Assembly: GCA_040767195.1 (NCBI GenBank)
Contig: JAXGPA010000002.1
Location: forward strand, 306,111 to 370,110
Origin: Syntrophales bacterium
Lineage (GTDB): Bacteria > Desulfobacterota > Syntrophia > Syntrophales > UBA6807
Reading direction: 5' to 3'
Length of the DNA stretch: 64,000 bases
The position numbers and the translations under genes were made by a program. The notes beneath the pieces were generated by a model. The model was not told where the DNA came from. It made no database searches and worked only from the letters and a program-made list of their open reading frames with translations. How positions within the stretch are numbered: position 1 is the stretch's first letter; each line of letters opens with the position of its first letter. Positions 22,527 to 31,032 of the stretch are shown piece by piece.

Positions 22527-23803
22527 TTTCCCTCCCCGGATTCCTGTCCCGTCGAGCTCCCGCCCGCGCGATTGAGGCAGAATGAACGAAAATTATTCAC
22601 CGCCGTGAAAAATTCCCGCATGATCACCACCCAGTAATAGGTTCCCCTGGGAGTCAGCTCAAAAACACCGTTCCGGCGGCGGATGCCTCCGACCAGGGTA
22701 AAGGCGAGAATGTCTTTCCAGAGCAAGGGCAGGATGGGTTTTTCGTATTTTTCCCTGAGGAAGGCCTCATCGACCTTCATCCCGAAGAGTCTCATGATGA
22801 AATCGTATCGAGCCCGGTCCGTCAGGGAGAAAGACCGGGAAGCCATGAGGGGAAGTTCGCCACGGTCCAGCCTGTCCCTGTACCCGGCGATGTCGAAGGT
22901 GTTGGCGTAGCATCGACCGTTCATGTATCCGATGGACCCGCTGCCAAGGCCGGCGTATTCATCGTAATCGACGATGTATTCATCGATCATCCCTCTTTTT
23001 CTTGAAAAGCACCAGGCCGAGGAAAACCGGTAAGGCGGCACGAGGGCGGAGACTATTTTACCATAGTAGTGCCTCTCTCTTCGGAAATCCACCATTCCGA
23101 AGGTCCGCTTCATGGCGTTGCGGGTCATGTCGGACACCATGAGAGGGTAATAGGTCACCTGGTCCGTCTCCAGCCGCAGAAGGGTTTCCAGGTCCCGGTC
23201 CAGGATTTCCGGGGACTGGGCGGGAAAATTAAAGATCATGTCGGCGTTCAGGGTGTCGAAAAGACCCTTCGCTTCCTCCAGGCGGCGCCGGATCTCCCCC
23301 CCGCTGCCGTAAGCATCGTATCGCCCCATGGACCGGAGAAGCCCGTCGTCGAAACTCTGGATGCCCACGGACAGGCGGTTGACCTTCGCCCTTTGCAGGG
23401 GTTCGAGAACGGGCGGGACAAGATGATTGGGATTGGTTTCCACGGAGATTTCCCGGATGGGAAAACAGGTCTTCGCCGTCTCGAGGGTCTCCACGAGTTC
23501 GTCCACGAGCACCGTCGGGGTGCCCCCTCCGACGTAAATACCGGAAAACGTGTATCCCAGTTCTTTATAAAGGTGTATTTCCTTTCTTAACGCGGAAAAA
23601 TAGGACCGGCACAGGGCCTCCTGGAAGAGGACCCGGTTGAAGGAGCAGTAAGGGCAGAGGCTCTCGCAGAAGGGGATGTGAATGTAGAGGAGCCGGCTTT
23701 TCCGATCTTCAGCCGGGGGAAGGACAGGAAAATCGTTCTCCCGGAAATGGATGGACCGGGAAAAATTTCTCCGCGCCTCCGCGGCGATGACTTGGGGAAT
23801 CAA
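22523..23803 (-). CDS. HemN-like class C radical SAM enzyme, probable menaquinone methyltransferase (MenK/MqnK type)
   Basis: CESLCPYC, GGGTPT, QVTYYPLM motif, C-terminal MREFF..VNNFR; TTG start at 23803 chosen from SD AAGGAG (ORF is open to 23875). Confidence 0.75.
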   Translation of the reverse strand: MIPQVIAAEARRNFSRSIHFRENDFPVLPPAEDRKSRLLYIHIPFCESLCPYCSFNRVLFQEALCRSYFSALRKEIHLYKELGYTFSGIYVGGGTPTVLVDELVETLETAKTCFPIREISVETNPNHLVPPVLEPLQRAKVNRLSVGIQSFDDGLLRSMGRYDAYGSGGEIRRRLEEAKGLFDTLNADMIFNFPAQSPEILDRDLETLLRLETDQVTYYPLMVSDMTRNAMKRTFGMVDFRRERHYYGKIVSALVPPYRFSSAWCFSRKRGMIDEYIVDYDEYAGLGSGSIGYMNGRCYANTFDIAGYRDRLDRGELPLMASRSFSLTDRARYDFIMRLFGMKVDEAFLREKYEKPILPLLWKDILAFTLVGGIRRRNGVFELTPRGTYYWVVIMREFFTAVNNFRSFCLNRAGGSSTGQESGEGK

Positions 23804-23935
23804 TGTCGTTTTTCTCCTTGCGGCGTCTTTCTCGCCGGGCACCCTGTGAAACATCCGGGCGGACCGAGCGACCACCCGCCGGCCGTCATGGGCCCGGAAA
23901 CGTCTCTTTTCGCCGGTGCCGGCGGCTGAATGCTG

Positions 23936-23964
23936 AAATTAACAGATTTCAACAGTCCCTTCAA
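23936..23964 (-). promoter_or_regulatory. Putative promoter of the menK-like/selA operon (TTGAAG-N17-TAATTT, extended -10)
   Basis: Hexamers with 17-bp spacer; overlapped by the dyad TGAAAT-N6-ATTTCA (23934-23951). Confidence 0.45.
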
Positions 23965-23985
23965 GGCAGGATTCCGCCGTCCCGC

Positions 23986-24014
23986 TTGAAATCATCTTCC
24001 CGCAATGCTATAAA
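23986..24014 (+). promoter_or_regulatory. Putative promoter of def (TTGAAA-N17-TATAAA, extended -10)
   Basis: Hexamers with 17-bp spacer and TG motif, about 30 bp upstream of the ATG. Confidence 0.5.
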
Positions 24015-24042
24015 CCCACCAGGAAAATGTAAGGGATCTCCC

Positions 24043-24633
24043 ATGGCACTGGATAAAATCTGGAAACTCTGGGAAGGCCGGCGTATCAACGGGGCGGAAG
24101 CGGCGCTTCTCCGCCGGAAGACAGCCGACATCGTCTTCCCGCTCAAGGAAGAGGACCGCCGGGACATAGATACCCTCGTCCGGGCCTTCTGTCGCCGCGA
24201 CGACGCCCTCGGCCTGGCGGCGCCCCAGATCGGGATCGCCAAGCGGATGGCCATCTTCAAGAACAAAAATTTCGGTGACCGGACGCCCGTTCAAAGCGAA
24301 AAGGACTACGACCTGCTTATCAACCCCCGGATCACCCAGTTCCGGGGAAAAGAGGAAACCATGACCGAGGGGTGCCTTTCCTGTCCGGACGTGAGCGTTG
24401 AAGTGACCCGGTTCACGGAAATCAAGCTTCGGGCCCTGGACCGGGAGGGAAACCGGGTCAGCAAGCGATACACCGGGTTTCTCGCCCGAATCGTCCAGCA
24501 CGAACTGGACCACCTGGACGGACGGCTCATCATCGACCACGGCGGGGACATCCTGGTCCCCGAGGACCGGGAAGCCTTTCTCACCGAGGCCCTTCGGGAC
24601 GGCCGGATCTTTCCGGACCGCGACCCCGTTTGA
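24043..24633 (+). CDS. def: Peptide deformylase
   Basis: GLAAPQIG, EGCLS, QHELDHLDG motifs; start at MALDKIW. Confidence 0.93.
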   Translation: MALDKIWKLWEGRRINGAEAALLRRKTADIVFPLKEEDRRDIDTLVRAFCRRDDALGLAAPQIGIAKRMAIFKNKNFGDRTPVQSEKDYDLLINPRITQFRGKEETMTEGCLSCPDVSVEVTRFTEIKLRALDREGNRVSKRYTGFLARIVQHELDHLDGRLIIDHGGDILVPEDREAFLTEALRDGRIFPDRDPV

Positions 24634-25659
24634 TCAACGAACGAAATGGGGTGACGGCAGGTCCTTGACGGTGATGATCCCCGGTTTTGCCGCCATGACC
24701 GCGGGAATCGTATTCACCAGGACGGCCGCCGTCGCCTGATCCCCGGCGATTCCGCCGTCGATGCGCATGTGAATGTTCGGCGTTCCCGTAATGTCAATGG
24801 AATCGTGGGGGTCGGGCGCCCCGACATACATGTCGAGAACGAGCAGGATGGGCATATCCCCCTGGTGAATTCCCCGGGCCACGTGGTGAATCCCCGCCAC
24901 ATCCCCTTTCTTGAGATCGAAAAAAGCCGTAATGACGGGTTTTTCAGCCAGAACGGGATCGATCGTCTCGACCACGTCATCGAGAGGGATGCCAAGCTGG
25001 CTTGCCACGAAATTCAGGGATTCCACGAGGCCCACGTGGCCCATCTGCTTCCGCTCGGTTTTTTCGCGGAATTCCGCCACCGTCATGCCGGCGCCGACCT
25101 TTTTCTGGAGGGGATACCGGCGGGTGCCGGCGTCCACGACCCGTTCGATCCGAAGGGACTGAACCTCCTGGCAGACGCCCGTCAGAAACAGGGGGAGGGC
25201 ATCCATGACGAAACCGGGATTGACGCCCGTCCCGAGAACGGACACTTTTCTTTCAACAGCCAGGTGATGGACTTCCTGCAGGAGCTTCGAATTTTCGCTC
25301 ATGGGGAAGAGCAGTTCCTCGCTCGACGAAACCACGTGGAGCCCCTCTTCCACCATCTCCCTCAACTGGGGGGCTATGTCCCGGATCCGGGAAGAGGCCG
25401 TGTGGACCACCACGTCGGCCCGCACCCGCCGGAACAGCTCCCGGGCGTTTCCGGAAACGGGAATGTTCATCCTTTCCTCGATCCCCAGGATTTCACCGAT
25501 GTCCCTGCCCGCCTTGTCCGGGGCGATGTCCACGGCTCCGACGATTTCCATGCCCGACTTCCGGCGGACGAGCCGGGCCGTTTCAATTCCGATGGGGCCG
25601 AGGCCGTAATGTATAATGCGAATTTTTCCTTCCGTCATGCCTGGTTCACTCCCTTTCAT
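24634..25659 (-). CDS. NAD(P)-dependent amine dehydrogenase / 2,4-diaminopentanoate dehydrogenase (Ord)-like protein
   Basis: Rossmann GLGPIG, SSSEELLFP, GTGVNPGFVMD, KKVGAG, GHVGL, GGIAGDQATAA. Confidence 0.75.
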   Translation of the reverse strand: MKGSEPGMTEGKIRIIHYGLGPIGIETARLVRRKSGMEIVGAVDIAPDKAGRDIGEILGIEERMNIPVSGNARELFRRVRADVVVHTASSRIRDIAPQLREMVEEGLHVVSSSEELLFPMSENSKLLQEVHHLAVERKVSVLGTGVNPGFVMDALPLFLTGVCQEVQSLRIERVVDAGTRRYPLQKKVGAGMTVAEFREKTERKQMGHVGLVESLNFVASQLGIPLDDVVETIDPVLAEKPVITAFFDLKKGDVAGIHHVARGIHQGDMPILLVLDMYVGAPDPHDSIDITGTPNIHMRIDGGIAGDQATAAVLVNTIPAVMAAKPGIITVKDLPSPHFVR

Positions 25660-25680
25660 TCTGTTCGTTTTCGATCCCCG

Positions 25681-28431
25681 TCACGGGGGATCACCCGTTT
25701 CCGCTCCTGATGGGGCCGCCGGCTGTTCCCTTTTCCGCCGCCTCCTCTGGATCAGATAAATGGACAGGAGAATCACGAATCCAAAAATATCGGTATAGAT
25801 TTCCGGAAAGAAAAGACCCGCCGCGGCAATCCCCATGACGACCCGTTCCATTCCGGTCAACTTGTCTTTCAGGTAGCCGATGACCGTCGAACCGAGAGCG
25901 ATGACGCCCATGATGAGGGTGGCGAGGATCTCCAGGAAATGGAACGTGTCAAAAGGTACGGACGGGTCCAGCAGGTGGGGAAGCCACAGGACGATGGGCG
26001 CTGACACGAAGATGAAGGGAACGCAGAAACCCGCCGAGGCCAGCCCGAAAGCGGTGAACCCCGTCTTGAAGGGATTGGCCCCCGATATGCCCGAGGCGGC
26101 GTAGGCCGCCAGGGCGACGGGAGGGGTCACGTCGGCCAGGACGGCGAAGAAAAGGACGAACATGTGGGAAACGAGGGGGTGTATCCCCCATTCCAGGAGG
26201 GCCGGGGCGGCGATCATGGAGGCGATGATGTACTGGGCCGTCGTGGGAATGCCCATTCCGAGAACGAAGCAGGCCACGGCCGTGAGAACGAGGGTGAAAA
26301 AGAGCGCTACGGAGCCGACGTTTATGAAATGAAGGATGTCGACGCTGGTGATCAGGTAAGCGATGCTGTGGGACAGCTGGATGATGGCGGCGGCGAACTT
26401 GAGCCCCAGGCCCGTCAGGGTCGTCGCCCCGACGATGAACCCGATGCAGGCGCAGGCGGCCCCGATGGCCAGGGCGTTTTTCGTCCCCAGTTCCAGGGCT
26501 TCCAGGATGTCGGGAATGCGCATGCCGCTTTCCTTGTAAAAAACCCCGATGGCGATGACCGACAGGGCCGACCAGAACGCCGCCAGGGAGGGCTCCAGGT
26601 GAAAATATAAAAGGCCCGTGAGGACGGCCATGGGAACAAGCCCCAAAAACCGGGAGACAGGCGCCGTCCGGCTCCAGGTAACGGCGTAGCCGAGGACGGC
26701 GAGGCCGATCCAGGCCATGAGGAGCAGGGAAAGCCCGTCCAGGGGGTTGATCCGCAGAAGAACGGAAGGAATGGAGAGGAAAACGGGAACCACGAACGGC
26801 AGGGTCTTTCCGTGGATCTGACCGACGGCCACGGCGTAGATGATGCCCCAGAAGGCGGCGAGGAAGGGGCTGCTCCCCGTGATGAGAAGGAAAACGATGA
26901 TGAAAAGCGGCATGAGGAGTAGCCATCTCTCCCGGAGGACCTTTCCAAGCCGGGGAAGCCGTTCCCGGGGAATCCCCTTGAGTCCCCGCTTTTTCGCCTC
27001 CAGGTGCACCATGGTCCCCACGGCGAAGAAATAGAGAAGGGCGGGCACGATGGCGCAGGCGGCGATTTTTATATAGGGGATCCCGAGAAATTCCGCCATG
27101 ATGAAGGCGGCGGCCCCCATGATGGGGGGCATGAGCTGGCCTCCCGTGGACGAGGCGGCTTCGACGGCACCGGCGAACTGGGGCATATACCCCACCCGTT
27201 TCATGAGCGGTATGGTGAAGGCGCCGGTGGTCACCGTGTTGGCGATGGAACTCCCGCTGATGGACCCGAGAAAGCCGCTCGATATGACGGACACCTTGGC
27301 GGGCCCCCCGGAGGACCAGCCGGCGATGGCCATGGCGATGTCCATGAAAAGCTGCCCCAGGCCCGTCTTGGAGATGAAGATCCCGAAAAGGACGAAATGA
27401 AAAACGAAGGTGGCCACGACACCCAGCGGAATGCCGTAGATCCCCTCGGTGCCCAGGTACATGTGCTCGATGATCCGGGAAACGGAATAGCCCCGGTGGG
27501 CGAAGAAATCGAGGCCCGGGATGTCGAGAAAATAGGGGCCGAGATAGCAGTTGATGAGGACGAAAAAGGAGATGAGGGGAAGGGGCGGCCCGATGCTTCG
27601 GCGGGCCCCTTCGAGAACGAGAAGAATGGCGAAGGCGCCGACGATGAGGTCCATTTCCGACGGAAGGCCCGCCCGGAAAACGAGGGTATTGAATTCGACG
27701 AAGATGTAGACGGAAACCCAGGAGGCCATGAGGGCGAAGAACACGTCGAAGTAAGGGACCTGGTCGGATTCGCAGGGAAAAGGCCTTCCCCGAAACATTC
27801 CATAGAGGCCCCGAAGCCACTGGGTGAGAAAAAGCAGGGTGATGCTGAGGAAAATGCCGAAGAGAAGGACGCTCCAGAAGATCAGGGTAAGGTTGGGGTC
27901 TCTGAAAATCTGGGAAAACGCAACGTGCTGCCAGGATAAATACCCGCCGTAACCCATCCCCGCCACGAGGAGGGCGTTGATGAGACAATCCACCGGGGCG
28001 AGCCATGAAAAAGCAAGAAATTCCCTCCGCTTGAAGTAAACGATGAGGGAAAAGAACAGGGCGCCGAGGGCCAGGGCCTTTGCCGTGGACAGGTGAAAAA
28101 TTTCCCAGAAGAGAGCGGTGCAGACAGACGTTCCGATAAGACCGTAAACGATGTCGTAAAAAAGATATTTCCTCGATTCCGTGCCGGACTTTCTGATGGC
28201 GTAGAAGAAGTAGACCAGGGGAAGGACGAAGGCGAGATGAAAGGACCGGTGACGCCATTCCTGGAGAACCCCGAACCCGGCCGTGTAAATGTGGAAGATG
28301 GAAAGAATCAGGGTCATGATGAAGGCGAGCTTCAGGGTGATCCCGGCGAACTGGCGAAACCGGAATTCAGGGTCGTATTTGGCGATCTCCTCGATATGGC
28401 CGGATATGGATACTTTATCCTGAAGTTCCAA
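25681..28431 (-). CDS. TRAP transporter fused permease (DctQM, TAXI type), 916 aa
   Basis: TEGIYGIPLGV, GGPAKVSV, SGSSIANTVTTG, STGGQLMPPIMGAAAF, LGMGIPTT, ADVTPPVALAA. Confidence 0.93.
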   Translation of the reverse strand: MELQDKVSISGHIEEIAKYDPEFRFRQFAGITLKLAFIMTLILSIFHIYTAGFGVLQEWRHRSFHLAFVLPLVYFFYAIRKSGTESRKYLFYDIVYGLIGTSVCTALFWEIFHLSTAKALALGALFFSLIVYFKRREFLAFSWLAPVDCLINALLVAGMGYGGYLSWQHVAFSQIFRDPNLTLIFWSVLLFGIFLSITLLFLTQWLRGLYGMFRGRPFPCESDQVPYFDVFFALMASWVSVYIFVEFNTLVFRAGLPSEMDLIVGAFAILLVLEGARRSIGPPLPLISFFVLINCYLGPYFLDIPGLDFFAHRGYSVSRIIEHMYLGTEGIYGIPLGVVATFVFHFVLFGIFISKTGLGQLFMDIAMAIAGWSSGGPAKVSVISSGFLGSISGSSIANTVTTGAFTIPLMKRVGYMPQFAGAVEAASSTGGQLMPPIMGAAAFIMAEFLGIPYIKIAACAIVPALLYFFAVGTMVHLEAKKRGLKGIPRERLPRLGKVLRERWLLLMPLFIIVFLLITGSSPFLAAFWGIIYAVAVGQIHGKTLPFVVPVFLSIPSVLLRINPLDGLSLLLMAWIGLAVLGYAVTWSRTAPVSRFLGLVPMAVLTGLLYFHLEPSLAAFWSALSVIAIGVFYKESGMRIPDILEALELGTKNALAIGAACACIGFIVGATTLTGLGLKFAAAIIQLSHSIAYLITSVDILHFINVGSVALFFTLVLTAVACFVLGMGIPTTAQYIIASMIAAPALLEWGIHPLVSHMFVLFFAVLADVTPPVALAAYAASGISGANPFKTGFTAFGLASAGFCVPFIFVSAPIVLWLPHLLDPSVPFDTFHFLEILATLIMGVIALGSTVIGYLKDKLTGMERVVMGIAAAGLFFPEIYTDIFGFVILLSIYLIQRRRRKREQPAAPSGAETGDPP

Positions 28432-28466
28432 GAAGCTGCCTTTTCACCTTTCTTCCGGTCCTTATT

Positions 28467-28988
28467 CTACGGTCCCTGGACCAGAACCTTCATTTCTTCG
28501 ACTCCCCAAAGGACGAGTGGCACCCTTCGCAGGGTGATCTCCAGGAGGGTGTTTCCCGCGAGAGCGGGAAGGGCGATGGTCTCATGGGGCCCGAGTTTGA
28601 GGGCGTTTTCGTAATCTTCATGGACCCACAGGCGCATCCGGGAAAGGACCCGGTTCATGCCCGTCACCCGGAATCCCGCCCCATCGCTCACAAAAACCTC
28701 CTCTCCCTCGACACCGCTGGGAAGGCCGGTGTTGCAGGAGGAAAATGCCGTTTCTTCCAGGTGAAACCGCAGGTCTTCGCCGATCCTGAAAAACTCATGG
28801 ACGGGGCTTTTCTCCACCGAGTGGAGGTACACCGTTTCCATGGCGTCCCCGGCGGACACCTTTCCCACCCAGACCACCCGGTTTTCCCGGGGCGCCCGGA
28901 TCTGGAGCACCGTGACCGGTGTCAGGAAAAAAACAAAAAAAAAGCGAGCAGGAAAAGGACTCCCCAGAATTTCATAAAAACTGGGCAC
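28467..28988 (-). CDS. DUF1850-like protein associated with TAXI-TRAP
   Basis: YLHSVEKSPV and TGLP motifs; lies between the TAXI receptor and the permease; start uncertain. Confidence 0.7.
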   Translation of the reverse strand: MPSFYEILGSPFPARFFFVFFLTPVTVLQIRAPRENRVVWVGKVSAGDAMETVYLHSVEKSPVHEFFRIGEDLRFHLEETAFSSCNTGLPSGVEGEEVFVSDGAGFRVTGMNRVLSRMRLWVHEDYENALKLGPHETIALPALAGNTLLEITLRRVPLVLWGVEEMKVLVQGP

Positions 28989-29036
28989 CGTCGGAAACGG
29001 TGCCCAGTCACCTCCATCGGTAAGGGTCCGTCAGGG

Positions 29037-30062
29037 CTACTTGATCATCCCTTTTTCCTTGTAATACATGGCGGCCCCGGGATGAAGAGGAATGGCCATC
29101 CCCTTCAGGGCCGTCTCGAGGGTCACGTCCTTGCCCTTGGCGTGGGCGGCGGCCATGATCTCCGCTCCGCTCGGGGCCTCGGCGGCGACGGCGCCGGCTT
29201 TCCGGAGAACGAAGGTGCCCTTTTCCCACAGGGCTTTTGTCAGGTCATAGACCACATTTTTTGGAACCTGGTTGTCCACGACCCACTGGGCCATGGTCGT
29301 GATGGTGTTTACATCGGCCTCGGCCCCCTTGTAAGTGCCCGCGGGAATCGTGATTTTCGCGTAGAAGGGGTACATCTTGACGAGCCTGGCGATGGTTTCA
29401 TCATCCAGGGGAACGACCACGATATCGGAGGTCGTCGCCAGCTCGGTGATGGCCGACGTCGGCCATCCGGCGGTGATGAAGGCCACGTCGCCCTGCTTGT
29501 CTTTCAGGCGCTGGGCGGCACCGGCGAAGCTGAGCCAGTCCACGCTGGCGAAATCCTCATAGGTGAGCCCCAGGGCCGTCAGAACATTCAGGCAGTCCAC
29601 TTCCGTTCCGCTGCCGCGGTCGCCGGGGATCAGCCGTTTGCCCTTGATGTCCCTGATGGTCTTGATGCCTGAATCGGCGGAGGCGACGATCTGGATCGTC
29701 TCGGGGTAGAGGGAGGCGATTCCCGTGATGTTCTCCACCGGTTTGCCCTCGAACTGGGCCGTGCCCGTATAGGCGGCGTAGGCCACGTTGTTCTGGACGA
29801 AGGCGGACTCCACCTCGTGCTCCCGGATCAGGTTGCAGTTCGCCACGGAGGCGTTGGCCGACTGGGCAGTGGCTATGATGTAGGGAATTTTGTCGTTCAG
29901 GGCCTGGGCCAGGACACCGCCCAGAGGATAATAGGTCCCCCCCGTCCCGCCCGTGGCGATGGCGAAGAACTGTTTTTTCGCCGCTATGGAATGCCCGGCG
30001 AAAGCCACAGACATGGCCACGAGGATCGCAATGGCGAAAACAACATACCGTTTTTTACGCAT
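29037..30062 (-). CDS. TAXI-family TRAP solute-binding protein
   Basis: Signal peptide, ATGGTGGTYYPLG, LYPETIQIV, GSGTE, IPLHPGA. Confidence 0.95.
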   Translation of the reverse strand: MRKKRYVVFAIAILVAMSVAFAGHSIAAKKQFFAIATGGTGGTYYPLGGVLAQALNDKIPYIIATAQSANASVANCNLIREHEVESAFVQNNVAYAAYTGTAQFEGKPVENITGIASLYPETIQIVASADSGIKTIRDIKGKRLIPGDRGSGTEVDCLNVLTALGLTYEDFASVDWLSFAGAAQRLKDKQGDVAFITAGWPTSAITELATTSDIVVVPLDDETIARLVKMYPFYAKITIPAGTYKGAEADVNTITTMAQWVVDNQVPKNVVYDLTKALWEKGTFVLRKAGAVAAEAPSGAEIMAAAHAKGKDVTLETALKGMAIPLHPGAAMYYKEKGMIK

Positions 30063-30160
30063 ACCCTTCCTCCTTTTCTTCTCTTATTCATCCTATTGAA
30101 AGATCGAGGGCGCCGGGAATTCGACCCCGCCGTTTCCCCGCTCTTCGCGAACTGATGTGA

Positions 30161-30189
30161 AAGGTAAAATATTTACCGCCGATTGTCAA
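30161..30189 (-). promoter_or_regulatory. Putative promoter of the TAXI operon (TTGACA-N17-TACCTT) with overlapping dyad GGTAAA-ATA-TTTACC
   Basis: Consensus -35, 17-bp spacer; inverted repeat at 30163-30177. Confidence 0.6.
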
Positions 30190-30231
30190 TGCATTTTAGG
30201 GAAATAGGCATCACGGAACGTTTCGGGGACT

Positions 30232-30924
30232 TCAGAGAGCCTCCCGCCAGCCGAAGGCGAGATCGTCTTCCCGATGACCCTCGGCGAGGAGCGCTTCCAG
30301 TTCCCGCCGGCAGGCCTCGAAGGCCTCCCGATCCATCCGCGGCGGGACGTCGAAGGGCCGGCCGCACCGGAGGCGGACCCGGCTGAAGGGTTTCGGAACG
30401 AGAAACCGGTCCCAGCTGTTGAAACGCCAAGCCCGGCTCATGGAAATATAAACGGGCAGGACGGTAGCCCCGGAAAGCCTCGCCAGCTCGATGATCCCCG
30501 CCTTGACGACCCCTTTCGGACCCTGGGGGCCGTCCACGGCGTGGGCGGCGAGGGAACGGTCCCGAAGCCCTTCGAGCAGTTCCCGGAGGGCTTCCCGGCC
30601 GCCCCTGGAACTGGAGCCCCGGACGGGCTCAAGGCCCAGGCGGCTCACGACCCCGGCGATGAGATCGCCGTCCCGGCTCCGGCTGATCATGACGAGGGCC
30701 CGATAATCCCTGAAGTTCCTCGCGTAGTTGAGAATGCCGAAAAAGCGCTGGTGCCAGAGAGGGATGATGACTTTACGGCCGTCCCGGAGAACCCCCAGGA
30801 ATGTCTCCTCATTTTCCACGGAATATCGAATCGTGAGGAAATAGGCATTTAGAAGAAGGTAGAGTGACGGAATGAGAATCTTTTTTGCCAGGGAACCGGC
30901 GGAAAGCCTGACCAGGGGTTTCAT
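30232..30924 (-). CDS. DUF374 / lysophospholipid acyltransferase family protein
   Basis: WHQR, ISRSRDGD, RGSSSRGG, DGPQGP, SWDRFLVPKPF. Confidence 0.85.
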   Translation of the reverse strand: MKPLVRLSAGSLAKKILIPSLYLLLNAYFLTIRYSVENEETFLGVLRDGRKVIIPLWHQRFFGILNYARNFRDYRALVMISRSRDGDLIAGVVSRLGLEPVRGSSSRGGREALRELLEGLRDRSLAAHAVDGPQGPKGVVKAGIIELARLSGATVLPVYISMSRAWRFNSWDRFLVPKPFSRVRLRCGRPFDVPPRMDREAFEACRRELEALLAEGHREDDLAFGWREAL

Positions 30925-30935
30925 CCATCCACCCG

Positions 30936-30983
30936 TTGAGTTTCATTGGTCGACACTGTATAACGGAACGGAAAGAATCTCAA
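30936..30983. promoter_or_regulatory. Overlapping divergent promoters for the CDF gene (+) and the DUF374 gene (-)
   Basis: Plus: TTGAGT-N17-TATAAC (30936-30964); minus: TTGAGA-N17-TACAGT (30983-30955). Confidence 0.45.
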
Positions 30984-31032
30984 GACGGGAGACCGACAGG
31001 GCCTTCAGGAAGACGACGTTACCCGGTTCGCA

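Noticed and set aside
22523..23875. Annotation as oxygen-independent coproporphyrinogen III oxidase (hemN)
   Set aside because: Only the general HemN-like fold is shared; the QVTYYPLM motif and C-terminus fit menaquinone methyltransferases better.
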